Shown here piece by piece: positions 24,207-36,519 of a DNA stretch of 64,000 bases. Within the stretch, counting starts at the first letter, position 1, and every line of letters begins with the position of its first letter. Location: the NCBI GenBank assembly GCA_030390025.1, contig CM059437.1, forward strand, positions 78,740,001 to 78,804,000, given 5' to 3'. The position numbers and the translations under genes were made by a program. The notes beneath the pieces were generated by a model. That model saw only the letters and a program-made list of their open reading frames with translations, was not told the DNA's origin and made no database searches. The stretch comes from Squalus acanthias. Lineage: Eukaryota.

Positions 24207-25948
24207 GAATCATAGAATCATTATATAGAATCATAGAAATTTATGGCACAGAAGGAGATCATTCAGCCCATCATGTCTGCTCCGTTTGTAAAAGAGCTAT
24301 CCAGCCTAATCCCACTTTCCAGCTCTTGGTCCATAGCCTTGTAGGTTATGGCACTTCAGGTGCCTATCCAAGTACTTTTTAATGAGGGTTTCTGCCTCTA
24401 CCACCCTTTCAGAGAGTACATTCCAGACCCCCACCACCCTTTGGGTGAAAAAATTTCTCCTCAACTCCCCTGTATTCCTTCTACCAATTACTTTAAATTT
24501 ATGCCCCTGATTATTGACCTCTCTGCTAAGCGAAATAGGTGCTTCCTATCCACTCTATCTAGGCCCCTCATAATTTTATACACCTCAATTAATTGTCCAC
24601 TCAGCCTTCTCTGTTCCAAGGAAAACAACCCCAGCCTATCCAATCTTTCCTCATAGCTAAAATTCTCTAGTCCTGGCAACATCCTCGTACATCTCCTTTG
24701 TACTCTCTCTAGTGCAATCACATCTTTCCTGTAATGTGGTGACCAGAACTGCACGCAGTACTCTAGCTGTGGTCTAACTAGTGTTTTATACAGTTCTAGC
24801 ATAACCTCTTTGCTCTTATATTCTCTGCCTCAGCTAATAAAGGAAAGTATCCCATATGCCTTCTTAACCACCTTATCTACCTATCCTGCTACCTTCAGGG
24901 ATCTGTGGACATGCACTCAAAGGTCCCTCTGTTCCTCTACATTTCTCAGTATCCTACCATTTATTGTGTATTCCCTTGCCTTTATGGCCCTCCTCAAATA
25001 CATTGGCCCCAAAATTCGGCCTAATACGAGAGAGTACGCACTGTGTACTCACCCGTATTAGATCCCGAAGTGCCGGTTTCCTGCATGCACTGCGCATGCG
25101 CGGGAAACCGGCACTTCCGGTATGGCGAAGGGGGCGGTTCCTAGGTGAACCGCGTGCGCACTACAGGCTGTGCGCACGCAGCACACTTAGGTTTTTTTTC
25201 AGGTTTCAATGCGAGGGTAAGTATGGAAGATTATACACATGTAAAAAGGAGGCGTAAGACCCCTTTTGAGCAAGGTAAGTAGTTAATTAAGTATAATTTT
25301 TAATTTTTTTCCACAGGTTTATCTATTTTAGAGACTTTAAAGAAAGGTAAGTTTATTTTTATAACTTTAAAAAAAATTTTTAATTTAAAATTTTTTTAAA
25401 TTTTTGTTTAAAGTGGTTAATTTATTTAACTATAGTTATTTTGTTAATGTAATGGTTTTTAAAAAAAAATTATTTGAGGTTTAGCTGTTCTTTTGGGGTC
25501 TCTTTCAATTCACAGATTTGACATGTCTCCTGTCAAATCTATGAATGAAAGATAGTCTGCTGCCATTGGCTCTCCATGGCCCACGTGATCCCAGAGGTCG
25601 CATCGCACTAACTGCGCCCCTGGGACACGCACACACTGCGCGCCGGCACTAGGGAGAGGCCCAGGACCCGAAGTTCCTGTGGGCCCAAAACACAATGGCC
25701 GGCGCGGAGTGTGATATCGCGCGCGATCCTTACCCCCGCGGCAAGCCTCCGAGTCAAATTTCTGGGCCATTACCTCACACTTCGCCGGATTGAATTCCAT
25801 TTGCCACGTTTCTGCCCACCTGACCAGTCCATTGATATCCTCCTGCAGTCTACAGCTATCTTCCTCACTATCAACCACACGGCCAATTTTTGTATCATTT
25901 GCAAACTTCTTAATCATGCTCCCTACATTGAAATCTAAATCATTGACC
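24207..25948 (-). mobile_element. CR1 LINE 3' portion, interrupted by a MITE
   Basis: ORFs 24488-24802 (LYKTLVRPQLEYCVQFW) and 25510-25998 (KFANDTKIG), plus a (CATAGAAT)n tail. Confidence 0.9.
25005..25768. mobile_element. Non-autonomous Harbinger-like MITE
   Basis: GGCCCCAAAATT / AATTTCTGGGCC termini and TSD ATT on both sides; CR1 is contiguous across the insertion. Confidence 0.85.
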
Positions 25949-28181
25949 ATTTCAGTTACAGTGTTTAGCCTCCACACACATGGGTGGAAAGATGTCAAAC
26001 TTTGGTGATTGTCACAGAAACTACTGTTCTATGGCGAGAGCTACAAATGATCATTATGCGCAGGGTTTCATACGGTGGGTGTTCTGCTGTACTTTCAGAT
26101 AGGTCAGTTTGCCCTGGATACGCAGTTTTATTCTGCACAAAGCCTTCTCATTTAACAAGCTCACACAGTTAATGATGGGAAGAGTCTCGCTACATAGACT
26201 GATTCCTCGTTATGAGAAAAAAACAATCAGAAAGTGAGAAGACAGAAACATCCGTTTAATCACATCGCAGAGTGTTCCTTCAAATTAAAATAGCACGGCC
26301 TGAGCTAGTTACAGGGTGTGTGTGTGTGAAATAGGTTACTATAGAAACAAACCCTCTAATGTACTGACCTTAGGGTACCCTTACCAGCTGTTATCATCTC
26401 TACCTTTATGTACTATCTTTATGGTGCCCTATCCAACTGGTAGCCTCTTTACTCCAGTATGCTAACCTTACAGCGCCTTGGCTAGCAGGTTCCATCTATA
26501 TCCTGTATGGTGTATTTCACTAATGTTTTTTAAAGGTCATAATCAAAAAACAATCTCTCGCTTGAGAGCCACTCTGGGAATTATTTAACTCGCTTGACAA
26601 TGGAGTGATGGGATATAGTTCAGCACCTGCAATTCCCCACATGATAAACTCTTGAATTTAGCCACAGCATTGTTGGAGAGCGGAGGCCAGGCACTTCCCT
26701 GAGAAAGAGAACAAAAATAAATACACTTAGGACCCAAGCTCAAGTTTCAATGTTCAGCCACTTCATCTATTGAACACTGTCTCCTAACTACATCCCTTTC
26801 CCTACTTTTGTTGCAGAGCAAGAAACAGTGAGGGAGCAGTACTTAATCCAAAGCTCATTCAATATCCGTCAGAGGAACAGTCTCCAAGGTACAAAGAACA
26901 TCAAGTCTGCCAGGGGCCAAATGAAGGGAAGATGAGCCATAAATGCCCCTGACACATAAGTGCTACTACCCCAATGCTACTAACTTTACAATTTTTACTT
27001 CATGGGATGCCATGGTTTCTACTGATATTTTTAGGATCACATTCATGATCCTGTGAAAACTATAAACCAGTGATCTTGACCACACTCAACTACTCCATTG
27101 TGGAGCCCAGCCAAGGCTCCACGTAGTGAGGGTCTACGTGGGGAATGCATACACAAGAGACTTACCAACACCACCCTTCATCCTCAGCCCACATTTCATT
27201 GCTCTCTCCTTGCCTTGGTCTTTGTCACTTTCTCCTATTATCAGCTTCCTCCTCATCTCAGCGCTGGCTTTCCCGGGTTCCAGTCCTGCCCTCCTCCTAA
27301 GTCCCCAAACCCCAGTCAGGCCCTTACCCTGCCGAGAATCATTGCTTGCATGCCAGGTGGATGAATACAGAAAAAGGAGACTGGGCAGCAGTAGAGTCTC
27401 CTTGCACCCCTCAAGTATTCGCTGTGCAGGAACTGCAGCTTCGAGGCACAGCCTAAGGACCACGAGGCATATGCCGAGTGATGTCCAGTGCCCCAAGAGC
27501 TACCTGATTACCGAGATCCTCCCTGTACATCTAGCCTAGATACTGCAGCAGGAAGAGGGAGGGAAATCCATGTTCCATCCATCTATCTCTTTTGGTGCTG
27601 AACACTCAAACAGTAACACCAATTGTAGAAACCTTCTAATCAAAATTTCATTACTCAGTCTGCAAATTATAAATAAATGCAAAGAGACTAATAGTCCTTA
27701 TACAGATAGTTATACAAATTTTTATCTTTGTTTTGAAAAACACCAACATTTTGATTGCCCATAGATTATTACATAAATATTAAAATGAGAAAAAATAGAG
27801 TGTAAGTTTGAGTAATTTTAAGAAATTCAATCATATCTCAATTTATATTTACAGCAAATACTTCTCTGCACACACTCAATTTCATCTGCTAAAGTGCTAC
27901 ATAGAAACTTGTTACGAAGACTAAGACCTATAGTATTAAACGTAAAATGGCAGCATGGATAGAGAGTGAGCTGATTGATGGAAAGCAGAAGGATATATTT
28001 TCTGAGTCCGTGCCTCCAACAAGGTATGTCCCACCACCAGCACATATTGGGAAATCATGGGAGTGTTGCCTGCAATTTTCTGGTAAATGCTGACGGCTGT
28101 CAAGGTATCCCATTGCAGACATGGACTCGAAGAGCAGTAAATGGATGGTTCTTTGATTGGCAAGAGGTAAAGAGGAAAGGA

Positions 28182-28416
28182 AGAAGTTGCATTCATATAG
28201 CGCCTTTCACGACCTCAGGACATCCAAAAGCGCTTTACAGCCAATGAAGTACTTTTGAAGTAACGTAGGAAACGCAGCAGCCAATTTGCGCACAGCAAGC
28301 TCCCACAAACAGCAGAGATAAATAACCAGATAATCTGTTTTAGTGATGTGGGTTGAGGGTTAAATATTGGCCAGGACAATGGGGAGAACGCCCCTGCTCT
28401 TCTTCAAATAGTGCCG
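28182..28416 (-). mobile_element. DeuSINE 3' half
   Basis: Reverse complement of the SINE core and tail. Confidence 0.8.
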
Positions 28417-28419
28417 ATT

Positions 28420-29030
28420 GAACGGAGGAACCGAGAGATCTAGGTGTGCACATTCTAAAAGCAGGATTGTAGTTGGAGAAAGCTAGAAAAATGGTAAGTG
28501 GCATTCTGGATTTTATTTACTGGGGCATTGAATACAAAAGCAAGGAGTTAATGATCAATCTTTAGAAGATTTGGAGTAGGCCACAGTTGGAGTTTTGGGC
28601 GCCCTCTTATTGAAAGGATGTTGGAGCAATAGAAAAAGGTGCAATGAGATTTCACAGATGTGTGAGAGGATACAGTTATGATGAGCCATTTGGCAAAACA
28701 AGGCCTGTATTCACTGGAGCAAAATTATTTCCACTGCTGAGTGAATCAGTAACAAATAGATGTAAATTTAGGACTAGTTGTAGAAGCAGAAGAGGAGGAT
28801 CTAAATGGTTTCATGAAAAGGGTTCTTAGAATATGGAATGCATTTCCAGAAGTAGCTATTGGAGCTCAGCTAATCATTTAAGAGATCATTAGACAAGCAC
28901 TTGAAGAAGACAATATTAAAGTTATGGGGAAAGAGCAGGAAATGGGATTAGACTAGATAGCTCAGATGTGGAGCTACCACTGACACAGGTACAATAGGCC
29001 TCCTTCCTGTCCTGAAATTTATCTAGCTCT
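28420..29030 (+). mobile_element. Old degenerate CR1 3' fragment
   Basis: RDLGV-, EYKSKE- and RPQLE-like remnants, with CR1 3'UTR-like GTTATGGGGAAAGAGCAGGAAATGGGATTAG. Confidence 0.65.
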
Positions 29031-30294
29031 ATGAATCACTGTCCGCACACAATCAATAAAGTTGTTCACTGTGGGCCTTTAGACTGCTGACAGATTCCTG
29101 GAAATTTCTATCTGCCTGGCCAGGCCATTAAAAAAAAAAAAATTCAACTCACATTATATGACGTTGTAACCAACACTAATATTACTGTGTTACAGGTAAT
29201 CACATGTCAGTGAGTTTATTACTGTAATATTAACCCTACTCCTGTCTACAGTAGCTATAATACCATAACATTAACATGATGGAACCAAAACACCTGAAAT
29301 ATTAAATGAAATCACTGCCTCCATCACCATGTCTTTCTCCCTCTTTTTCTTCTATTGTTATCATTTTATCTTTATCCGTTTTCTAATATAATCTATTCTA
29401 TTCTTTCTCCTGTATTTTTCTTTTCCATTTGGGAACATTTGACCCCCTTGCTGTATCTTCCCCCGGACTCACCGCTCCCATCCTCCATTTGGAGCCCCCC
29501 CTTTCTGATGTTGAGGCAACGTCTCTGTCATTAATTTCTCCAATCATCAGCTGCTAATGTATTTTTTCAAAGGGTGAGAGAATCCTAAGTAAGAGTCAGG
29601 TGATTTGGGTAGTGACTAACATTCAAGGAGCGTAGGCAGGCTCTGCAAGCCCGCCCAGCCTAATGATCTCCCCCAAGACCCGAGCACTGCTCTGCTCAGC
29701 ATGAAAGCCCCAGCTTCCTTTCTTGTACATGAAAAGGCTTCTTAACTGTCACACTGCAGGGACAAAAATCAACATTGCTCCTGGCTCTGAAATGGTTTAA
29801 ATTCTACAAGCCCTCAACAGGCTGTCTGCTAATGAATCAGATCAGGCATGGTGAACCCCTTCAATTCTTTTCGCCAGCTGCACAAAGTAGTTTTATTGAA
29901 AGCTAACTGAACACGAGGTGATAGAGATTCTCCCTGCGTTCTGTGCTTGAAGGATTACTACCAGCCAGGTTATGAAAGACAGCTCAGCCCTATTAGCAAT
30001 ACAGTCAACATGTTTGGACAATAAAAAACATTTATGGAAAGAGATACAGTTACTGAGTGAGACCAGGACAGAGAAAGAGAAATATAGAAAGAGAGAGAGA
30101 GAGTGACAATCAAATAGAGACAGACAGAGACAGACAGAGATGTACATGCTGCAATAATGTATTCAATATTCTATCCCCACACTTTCTGTACCCATGCTTC
30201 AATGCTCATGCATTCCATAACTATAAATACTGCTAAATGAATTCTATACCGTTACATGTCAAGAGACATGGAGGGGGTGAGTTAATTGTCAACT

Positions 30295-30628
30295 TCACGA
30301 CCTCAATCTCTGCGCTTCTCCAATTCTGGCCTCTTGTGCATCCTCAATTTTAATCGCTCCACCATTGGTGGCCGTGCTTTTAGCTGCCTAGGCCCTAAGC
30401 TCTGGAATTCCCTCCCTAAACCTCTCCGCCGCTCTACCTCTCTCTCTGAACTTCTGTGCCTCTCTCTCCTCTTTTAAGACGCTCCTTTAAACCTACCTCA
30501 TCTGTCCTAATATCTCCTCATGTGGCTCGGTGTCATTTTTTTGTTTGGCAACGCTCCTGTGAAGCACCTTGGGACATTTTACTATGTTAAGGGCGCTATA
30601 TAAATGCAAGTTGTTGTTGTTATTGTTG
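30295..30628 (+). mobile_element. L2-clade LINE 3' end
   Basis: Translates GGRAFSCLGPKLWNSLP; tail GCGCTATATAAATGCAAG(TTG)n is shared with the SINE tail. Confidence 0.75.
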
Positions 30629-31244
30629 CTGTGGAGGACTTCAGAGTACAACTGGTCACGGTGCCTGTGTACGTGTTCAGTCACTAACCTAGTGCTGGCA
30701 CTGTGCCCCAGACCCCGCCATCTCCCACGGCAAGAGCAGAGTGCCTCCTCATTAGCTCTATGGCTTGCTCCTTGTCAGGGGTTGGGTTGGGTTGGGGATG
30801 CCCCCTCTGATGGCCTGCCTCTCATGGGTATTGTACAGCAGGTTGTCCTGCAACAAGATTGAGTGAATTAGTGAAGGCGGGTGACTGAGGAATTTGTGCC
30901 AAGTGGCCTGGGGCAGCTGAAGTACGAAGTTCTGGAATATGTCACCCATGAAGGCCATTGAAGCAGACAATTTGATGTGCTTCTGGTGCGAGAAGGGGTG
31001 TGGTGAGATGGTGGGTGGGTGAGGCTGAGATCTATGAAATGTGCTTAATAGCCTTTTCCTGTTTAAAAAAAAAAATCTTATTACTAAAGCCAATTTTGGC
31101 CATTTTCCAATTTTACTGCAAAGTACCCGTAAATTTGGAGGGGGGAAAGTGGTGCTGACTATTTGGATGGTCTGGGCCTTTCATATTTATAATATTATCA
31201 CGTACAAAAACTGGTGTTATCAACAACTGGGGTGGACAAAATTG

Positions 31245-31330
31245 AGAGGTCGCACAACACCAGGTTATAGTCCAACAGTTTTATTTGAAATCACAAGCTT
31301 TCGGAGCTATCGCTCCTTCCTCAGGTGAAG
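31245..31330 (-). mobile_element. Penelope-like terminal (pLTR) fragment
   Basis: Short segment containing a minimal hammerhead motif, fused to a CR1 3' end. Penelope origin is inferred. Confidence 0.55.
31291..31328 (-). ncRNA. Minimal type I hammerhead ribozyme motif
   Basis: Minus strand reads UCAC-CUGAGGA-A-GGAGC-GAUA-GCUCC-GAAA-GCUU-GUGA: CUGANGA and GAAA cores, 5-bp stem II, 4-bp stem I and palindromic AAGCUU in place of stem III. Confidence 0.75.
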
Positions 31331-31556
31331 ACATTTCTCACCATGTGCCCCAGAGAGCTGTGGAGGCTGGGTCATTGAATATATTTAAGGTGGAGATAGA
31401 CAGATTTTTGAACAATAAGGGAGTGAAGGGTTATGGGGAGCGGGCAGGGAAATGGAACTGAGCCCAAGATCAGATCAGCCACGATCTCATTAAATGGTGG
31501 AGCAGGCTCGAGGGGCCGAATGGCCTACTCCTGCTCCTATTTCTTATGTTCTTATA
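31331..31556 (+). mobile_element. CR1 3' end
   Basis: GGTTATGGGGAGCGGGCAGG...GAATGGCCTACTCCTGCTCCTATTTCTTATGTTCTTAT. Confidence 0.85.
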
Positions 31557-31557
31557 T

Positions 31558-32010
31558 GTGAGCCGTGGCTCAGTGGTAGTACTCACCTTTGAGTCAGAAT
31601 GTTGTGAGTTCAAGTCCCCTTCCAGAGACTTGAGCAGATAATCCAGCCTGACAGTCCAGTGCCGTACTGAGGGAGTGCTGCACTGTAAGAGGTCTTGTCG
31701 TTTGGTTGAGACGTTAAACTGAGGTCCCGTCTGCCAGCTCAGGTGGACGTAAAAAGATCCCATGGCACTATTCGAAGAAAAGCAGGAGAGTTCTCCCTCG
31801 AGTCCTGGCTAATATTCAACCAACGTCACTAAAGAACAGATTATCTGGCCATTTTCTTATTGCGGTTTGTTGGACCTTGCTGTGCGCAAAATGGCTACCA
31901 CAGTTCCTACATTTACAACAGTGACTACACTTCAAAAGTACTTCATTGGCTATGAAGTGCTTTGGGATGTCCTGAGGTCATGAAAGGTGCTATATAAATG
32001 CAAGTTCTTT
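31558..32010 (+). mobile_element. Full-length DeuSINE
   Basis: tRNA head (TGGCTCAGTGG, GTTCAAGTCC), Deu core and L2-type tail. Confidence 0.85.
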
Positions 32011-32859
32011 CATTTATCTGTTTGGTCCTACGAGGGTGAGCAACAGGACCTAAGCCCACTCCTGCTTCCACTTTTTTTCTGCAGACAGACAGTAGTCTGG
32101 TCAGAAAGTTTAGACATCACTATACAACAGTAGCAGAAACATGACATTGTTCACCTGTAGCAGCCAATCGTAAATTCACAAGCTTCCATCCAACTCGACA
32201 AGTCTGTTGGAAAGCTGCCCTGTTCTGATTAATCAAGAAGCACCTACGAGCAATCTGCCTCAGCAACAAGCCTTAACTTTTGTTTAATTCGCAAAAATGT
32301 GTTACTTAATCTTTCTCTTGCTCAGAGTGCTCACTCCATTAGTCTAACAGAGGTATTAGAGACTCTTCATCATGTCTCAAGCATCTTCTTGTAATAATTG
32401 GACAGCCCTTTGAAGCTAATCATTAAAAAATGTTGGTCTCTCCTATTAATTTTTTCCCTTTTTTTCTCGCTCTCTATCTCTGCGAGCATTGTGGGTGAAA
32501 GATATGTGATCAATATGCAGCCCTTCAGCTTGGTTGGCTCATGGCTCTGCAAACTCAGGCTTTTAAATGTTATTGAATCCCTGGTGTACCAGAAAAAAAA
32601 AGCCTATAAAAACAGGCAGTGAGTGAGTTCTCTGCCGAGCAAGGCATTTTGCTGAAGTGAGTGTGGGTTTAATTGGCTAAGAGATAAAGTGTGGGTTTAC
32701 ACGTGTCTTGTGCATCTACTTAGAACCACAGGAGATGGATCGGCTGAATCGAATATTACTTTACTCTTTTTTTCGATTCTGTTAAGAGGCAAATGTCTTC
32801 CATTCTGCGGCCTCTTCTTGTAGTGAGGCTTCTTTGACTTATTACCGCAGTGAGAGAGA

Positions 32860-33330
32860 GAACTTGCATTTGTATAGCGCCCTTTCATGACCTCAGAATG
32901 TCCCAAATTGTTTTGCAGCCAATGAAGTACTTTTTTTTTTAAGTGTGGTCACTGTTGTAATGTAGGAAACGCGGCAGCCAATTTGCGCACAGCAAGATCC
33001 CACAAACAGCAATGCGATAATGACCAGGCAAAAATGTTGGTGGTTGAGGGCTAAATATTGGCCAAGACTCCGGGGAGAACTCCTCTGCTCTTCTTCGAAT
33101 AGTGCCATGGGATCTTTTACGCTCACCTGAGAGGGCAGACCATTACATAGTTTAACAGTCACTAGGTTTAATGTCTCATCTGAAAGACGGCACCTGTGAC
33201 AGTGCAGCACTCCCTCAGTACTGCGTTGGAGTGTCAGCCTGGATTTTGTGCTCAAGTCTCTGGAGTGGACTTGAACCCATGACCTTTTGACTCCGAGGTG
33301 AGAGTGCTACCAACTGAACCATGGCTAACA
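32860..33330 (-). mobile_element. Full-length DeuSINE
   Basis: Reverse complement of the head, core and tail. Confidence 0.85.
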
Positions 33331-33654
33331 CTGGAGATTAAATTCCAAAAGGTAGCCAAAGCCAGCACTGTACCGTGCAGTGTAGCCTGGTACCACAGGC
33401 GGCAGAACAGAGCTAGGCAACGCAAATGGAAACGGTCGCCTATTTCAGCATCAGGGACAATGGAACATGTCCTGGCAGTACTGTGTGCTGAGCTTTAAGC
33501 TAGTGCCAAAGTCGGTGCTATGCAGGACACTACCAGAGTCAGTGAAGAGCAGGTTATGTATTGTAGGGGTTAGAGTGTGGACTATACCTCAGCTGGTCGT
33601 ATTCAGGCTGTTCTCACCGTCAGTAAAACAGCAGCACTGCGACTATAGCTGTTT

Positions 33655-34205
33655 TTTATTCGTTTATGGGATGTGGGTGTCCCTGGCAAGGCGAGCATTT
33701 ATTGCCCATCTCTAATTGCCCTTGAGAAGGTGGTGGTGAGCTGTCTTCTTGAACCGCTGTAGTCTGTGTGGGGAAGGTACTCCCACAGTGCTGTTCGGGA
33801 GGGAGTTCCAAGATTTTGACCCAGCGACAATGAAGGATCGGCGATATACTTCTAAGTCAGGATGATGTGTGACTTGGAGGGGAACTTGGAGGTGGTGGTG
33901 TTCCCATGCGTCTGCTGCCCTTGTCCTTCTAGATGGAAGAGGTCGCAGGTTTGGGAGGTGCTGCCGAAGAAGCCTTGGCGAGTTGCTGCAGTGCATCTTG
34001 TAGATGATACACACTGCAGCCACGGTACGCCGGTGGTGGAGGGAGTGAATGTTTAAGGTGGTAGATGGGGTGCCAATCAAGCGGGCTGCTTTGTCCTGGA
34101 TGGTGTCGAGCTTCTTGAGTGTTGTTGGATCTGCACTCACCCAGGCAAGTGGAGAGTATTCCATCACACTCCTTACTTGTGCCTTGTAGATGGTAGAAAG
34201 GCTTG
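33655..34205 (-). mobile_element. CR1/L2-group LINE 3' end (RT C-terminal region)
   Basis: ORF 33712-34251: TIYKAQVRSVMEYSPLAW...LDTIQDKAARLI...HRRTVAA...WNSLP. Confidence 0.8.
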
Positions 34206-34249
34206 GGATGGGGCTGGGTCCATAGCCTGTGCTACTGTCAGTAGAACTC

Positions 34250-34390
34250 ACAGCAGAAAGTGCTGGAAATACTCAGCAGTTCGACCCGAAACGTTGACTC
34301 TGTTTCTCTCTCCTCGATGCGCCTGACCTGCTGAGTGTTTCCAGCACTTTCTGTTGTTATTTCAGATTTCCAGCATCCGCAGTATTTTGT
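34250..34390 (+). mobile_element. Penelope-derived terminal fragment with an inverted duplication
   Basis: Homologous to the end at 42858-42960. Inverted arms ~34251-34279 and ~34328-34356; partial HHR TTCGACCCGAAACGTTGACTC. Confidence 0.7.
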
Positions 34391-34475
34391 TATTGTACTA
34401 CTGCCAGTAGACCTTGGGGCAGTTTAACAGTCAGTAGCGTGTAGGCTAGTCCTTCAAAGGACTCATTTAATGATT

Positions 34476-34576
34476 CTACATTACAACAGCGACTACACGT
34501 CAAAAAGTACTTCATTGGCTGTAAAGTGCTTTGGGACATCCGGTGGTCGTGAAAGGCGCTATATAAATGCAAGTCT
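34476..34576 (+). mobile_element. DeuSINE 3' fragment
   Basis: CTACATTACAACAGCGACTACAC...GGCGCTATATAAATGCAAGTC. Confidence 0.8.
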
Positions 34577-34992
34577 TACTTTTTTCTTTTCTCTAAGTCA
34601 TTGTCGCAGCGCATCCCCTGACCCAGTTCTTCCTGGAGCAGGATGAGTCTCAGTTTAAGATGTCTATTGTGGGCAGAGCCCATTGTTGTAATGGGAAAAG
34701 AGCTCCTGAGTGTGGGCAGATGGATTTTCTGTAAAGGGGGATCGGCATATTTCCTCAATAACACAGGCACTTAACATTTTCTGCCAACAATTAGAGAAAA
34801 AAAATGACAAATGTCATTAATAGTTTTAAAGCTGAATTTACAAAACAAACAACAGAAATATATTGGGCCAGCTTGCAATGCATTGTGCGCTCTGTGAAAA
34901 TGAATCCCAACTGATTCAGGAAGAAAGTAGGCAGTTATGAACTATGCTCAACACATTGTAAGAGTCCTGCAGTGTCTCAACTCAAAGGCCTA

Positions 34993-35656
34993 GGAGGAAA
35001 AATTCGGTGTCTCTCCTTTTGAGGCGCTAATGTCGCCAGGGCGTTAATTTTAGCACCTCAAAAAAATTAGCACCCCTCCACCTGAAATTCAGTTGTAGCG
35101 CCCCAAGCAGGAGGTGGATAGCACCGCATCATTGCAGACCTCTTCCCCTGATTAAAGGGGAGGGGCCAAGCGCTGTGCACACCGGGGCCCTGATAGACCA
35201 CCTGGGAGTGGGGTGCCATGAAAACAGCCCGGCACTCAAGAGGAGTGCCGGGCTGAGCGATCGCGGCCGGCACCCCGAGGAAAAAAGGGGAAGGGGGCAG
35301 GTGCTGGCAGTCGGTCCCCCCAAAAAATGGCCACCCGACACCTGCCCCTTTTACTACCGCCGCTGCGGCTGTAAAAACGCCCCCCCTGACCCTGTCGGAC
35401 ATGTCGTCCGGCGATAGGATAGGGGGCGCAACCGAAGTTTGTGGCTGGGGCGTGAGCGGGGTGCTGTGCATGGTGATGATGTCATCACCGGCGGCGCAGT
35501 GCCGCGGGGCGTTACCGGCTACCGCCGCCGCTAACCTCCCACTGAATTTCATGGGAGGCGTTAGTGGTGCTGCGTCCGGGTGCTAGGGGTTTTGCACCCT
35601 GTTAGCGCCCCCCGGGGGCACTAACGAGAGGCGCAAATCAACCCAATTTCCCCCCC
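34993..35656. mobile_element. GC-rich non-autonomous Harbinger-like MITE
   Basis: GGAGGAAAAATT / AATTTCCCCCC termini and TAGCGCC subterminal motifs; reverse-homologous to 49342-50022. Confidence 0.8.
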
Positions 35657-35805
35657 CTGGTGTTTATCAGGGATTGCAGACAACAAAGAGTTAATCAGAC
35701 TTTTCATCACTAGATCAATTAACTCTCGTTGGTCTTTGTCTCATAAATTGATTTCCAGACTGAACAACATATGACTGAATCAACAGCTTCATTACCAAAA
35801 AAAAA

Positions 35806-36172
35806 GAAAGGATTTGCATTTATATAGCGCCTTTCATGACCTCAGGACATCTCAAAGCACTTTACAGCCAATGAAGTACTTTTGAAGTGTAGTCAACTGT
35901 TGTAATGTAGGAAACCCGGCAGTCAATTTGTGCACAGCAAGGACGCACAAACAGCAATATGATAATGACCAGATAATCTGTTTTAGTCATGTTGGTTGAG
36001 GGATAAATATTGGCCAGGACACGGGGAGAACTCCTCTGCTCTTCTTTGAAAGTGTGTCATGGCATCTTTTACGTCCACCTGAGAGAGCAGATGGGGCCTC
36101 GGTTTAATATATCATTCCAAAGACGGTACCTGCGACAGTGCAGCACTCTCTCAATACTGCAAGGCAAGTGTC
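35806..36172 (-). mobile_element. DeuSINE, 5'-truncated
   Basis: Reverse complement of the core and tail. Confidence 0.85.
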
Positions 36173-36519
36173 AATGATACTGTATTCAACAGCAGGGAAC
36201 AGTGTAAATAGTCACACCACCAATGAGATAGTCCATATGACAGAGGATAGAACATAGGGCAGCACCAACCTCTATTCAATGAGGTTTTTGTTTAGGTTTT
36301 CTTTGTCAAGAACTTTTGTTGGCATTTTAATTCCAGGACGAGTGAGAGAGTGAGTGTGTGTGCAAATGCATCTGTGTGCGAGTGTGTACATGAGGGATTG
36401 TGCGGTTGTGTGAGTGTGATTCTAAGTGTATAAATATGAAGCAAGTGGGCATTACAAATTGTGAGGAAGATTACAGCAGGGTATGGAAAGGTTGTTGGAG
36501 TGGGGAGATAGGTGGGATA

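Noticed and set aside
26810-26900. Possible host exon (TTGCAG...AG/GTAC)
   Set aside because: Weak donor, unrecognisable peptide and no partner exons.
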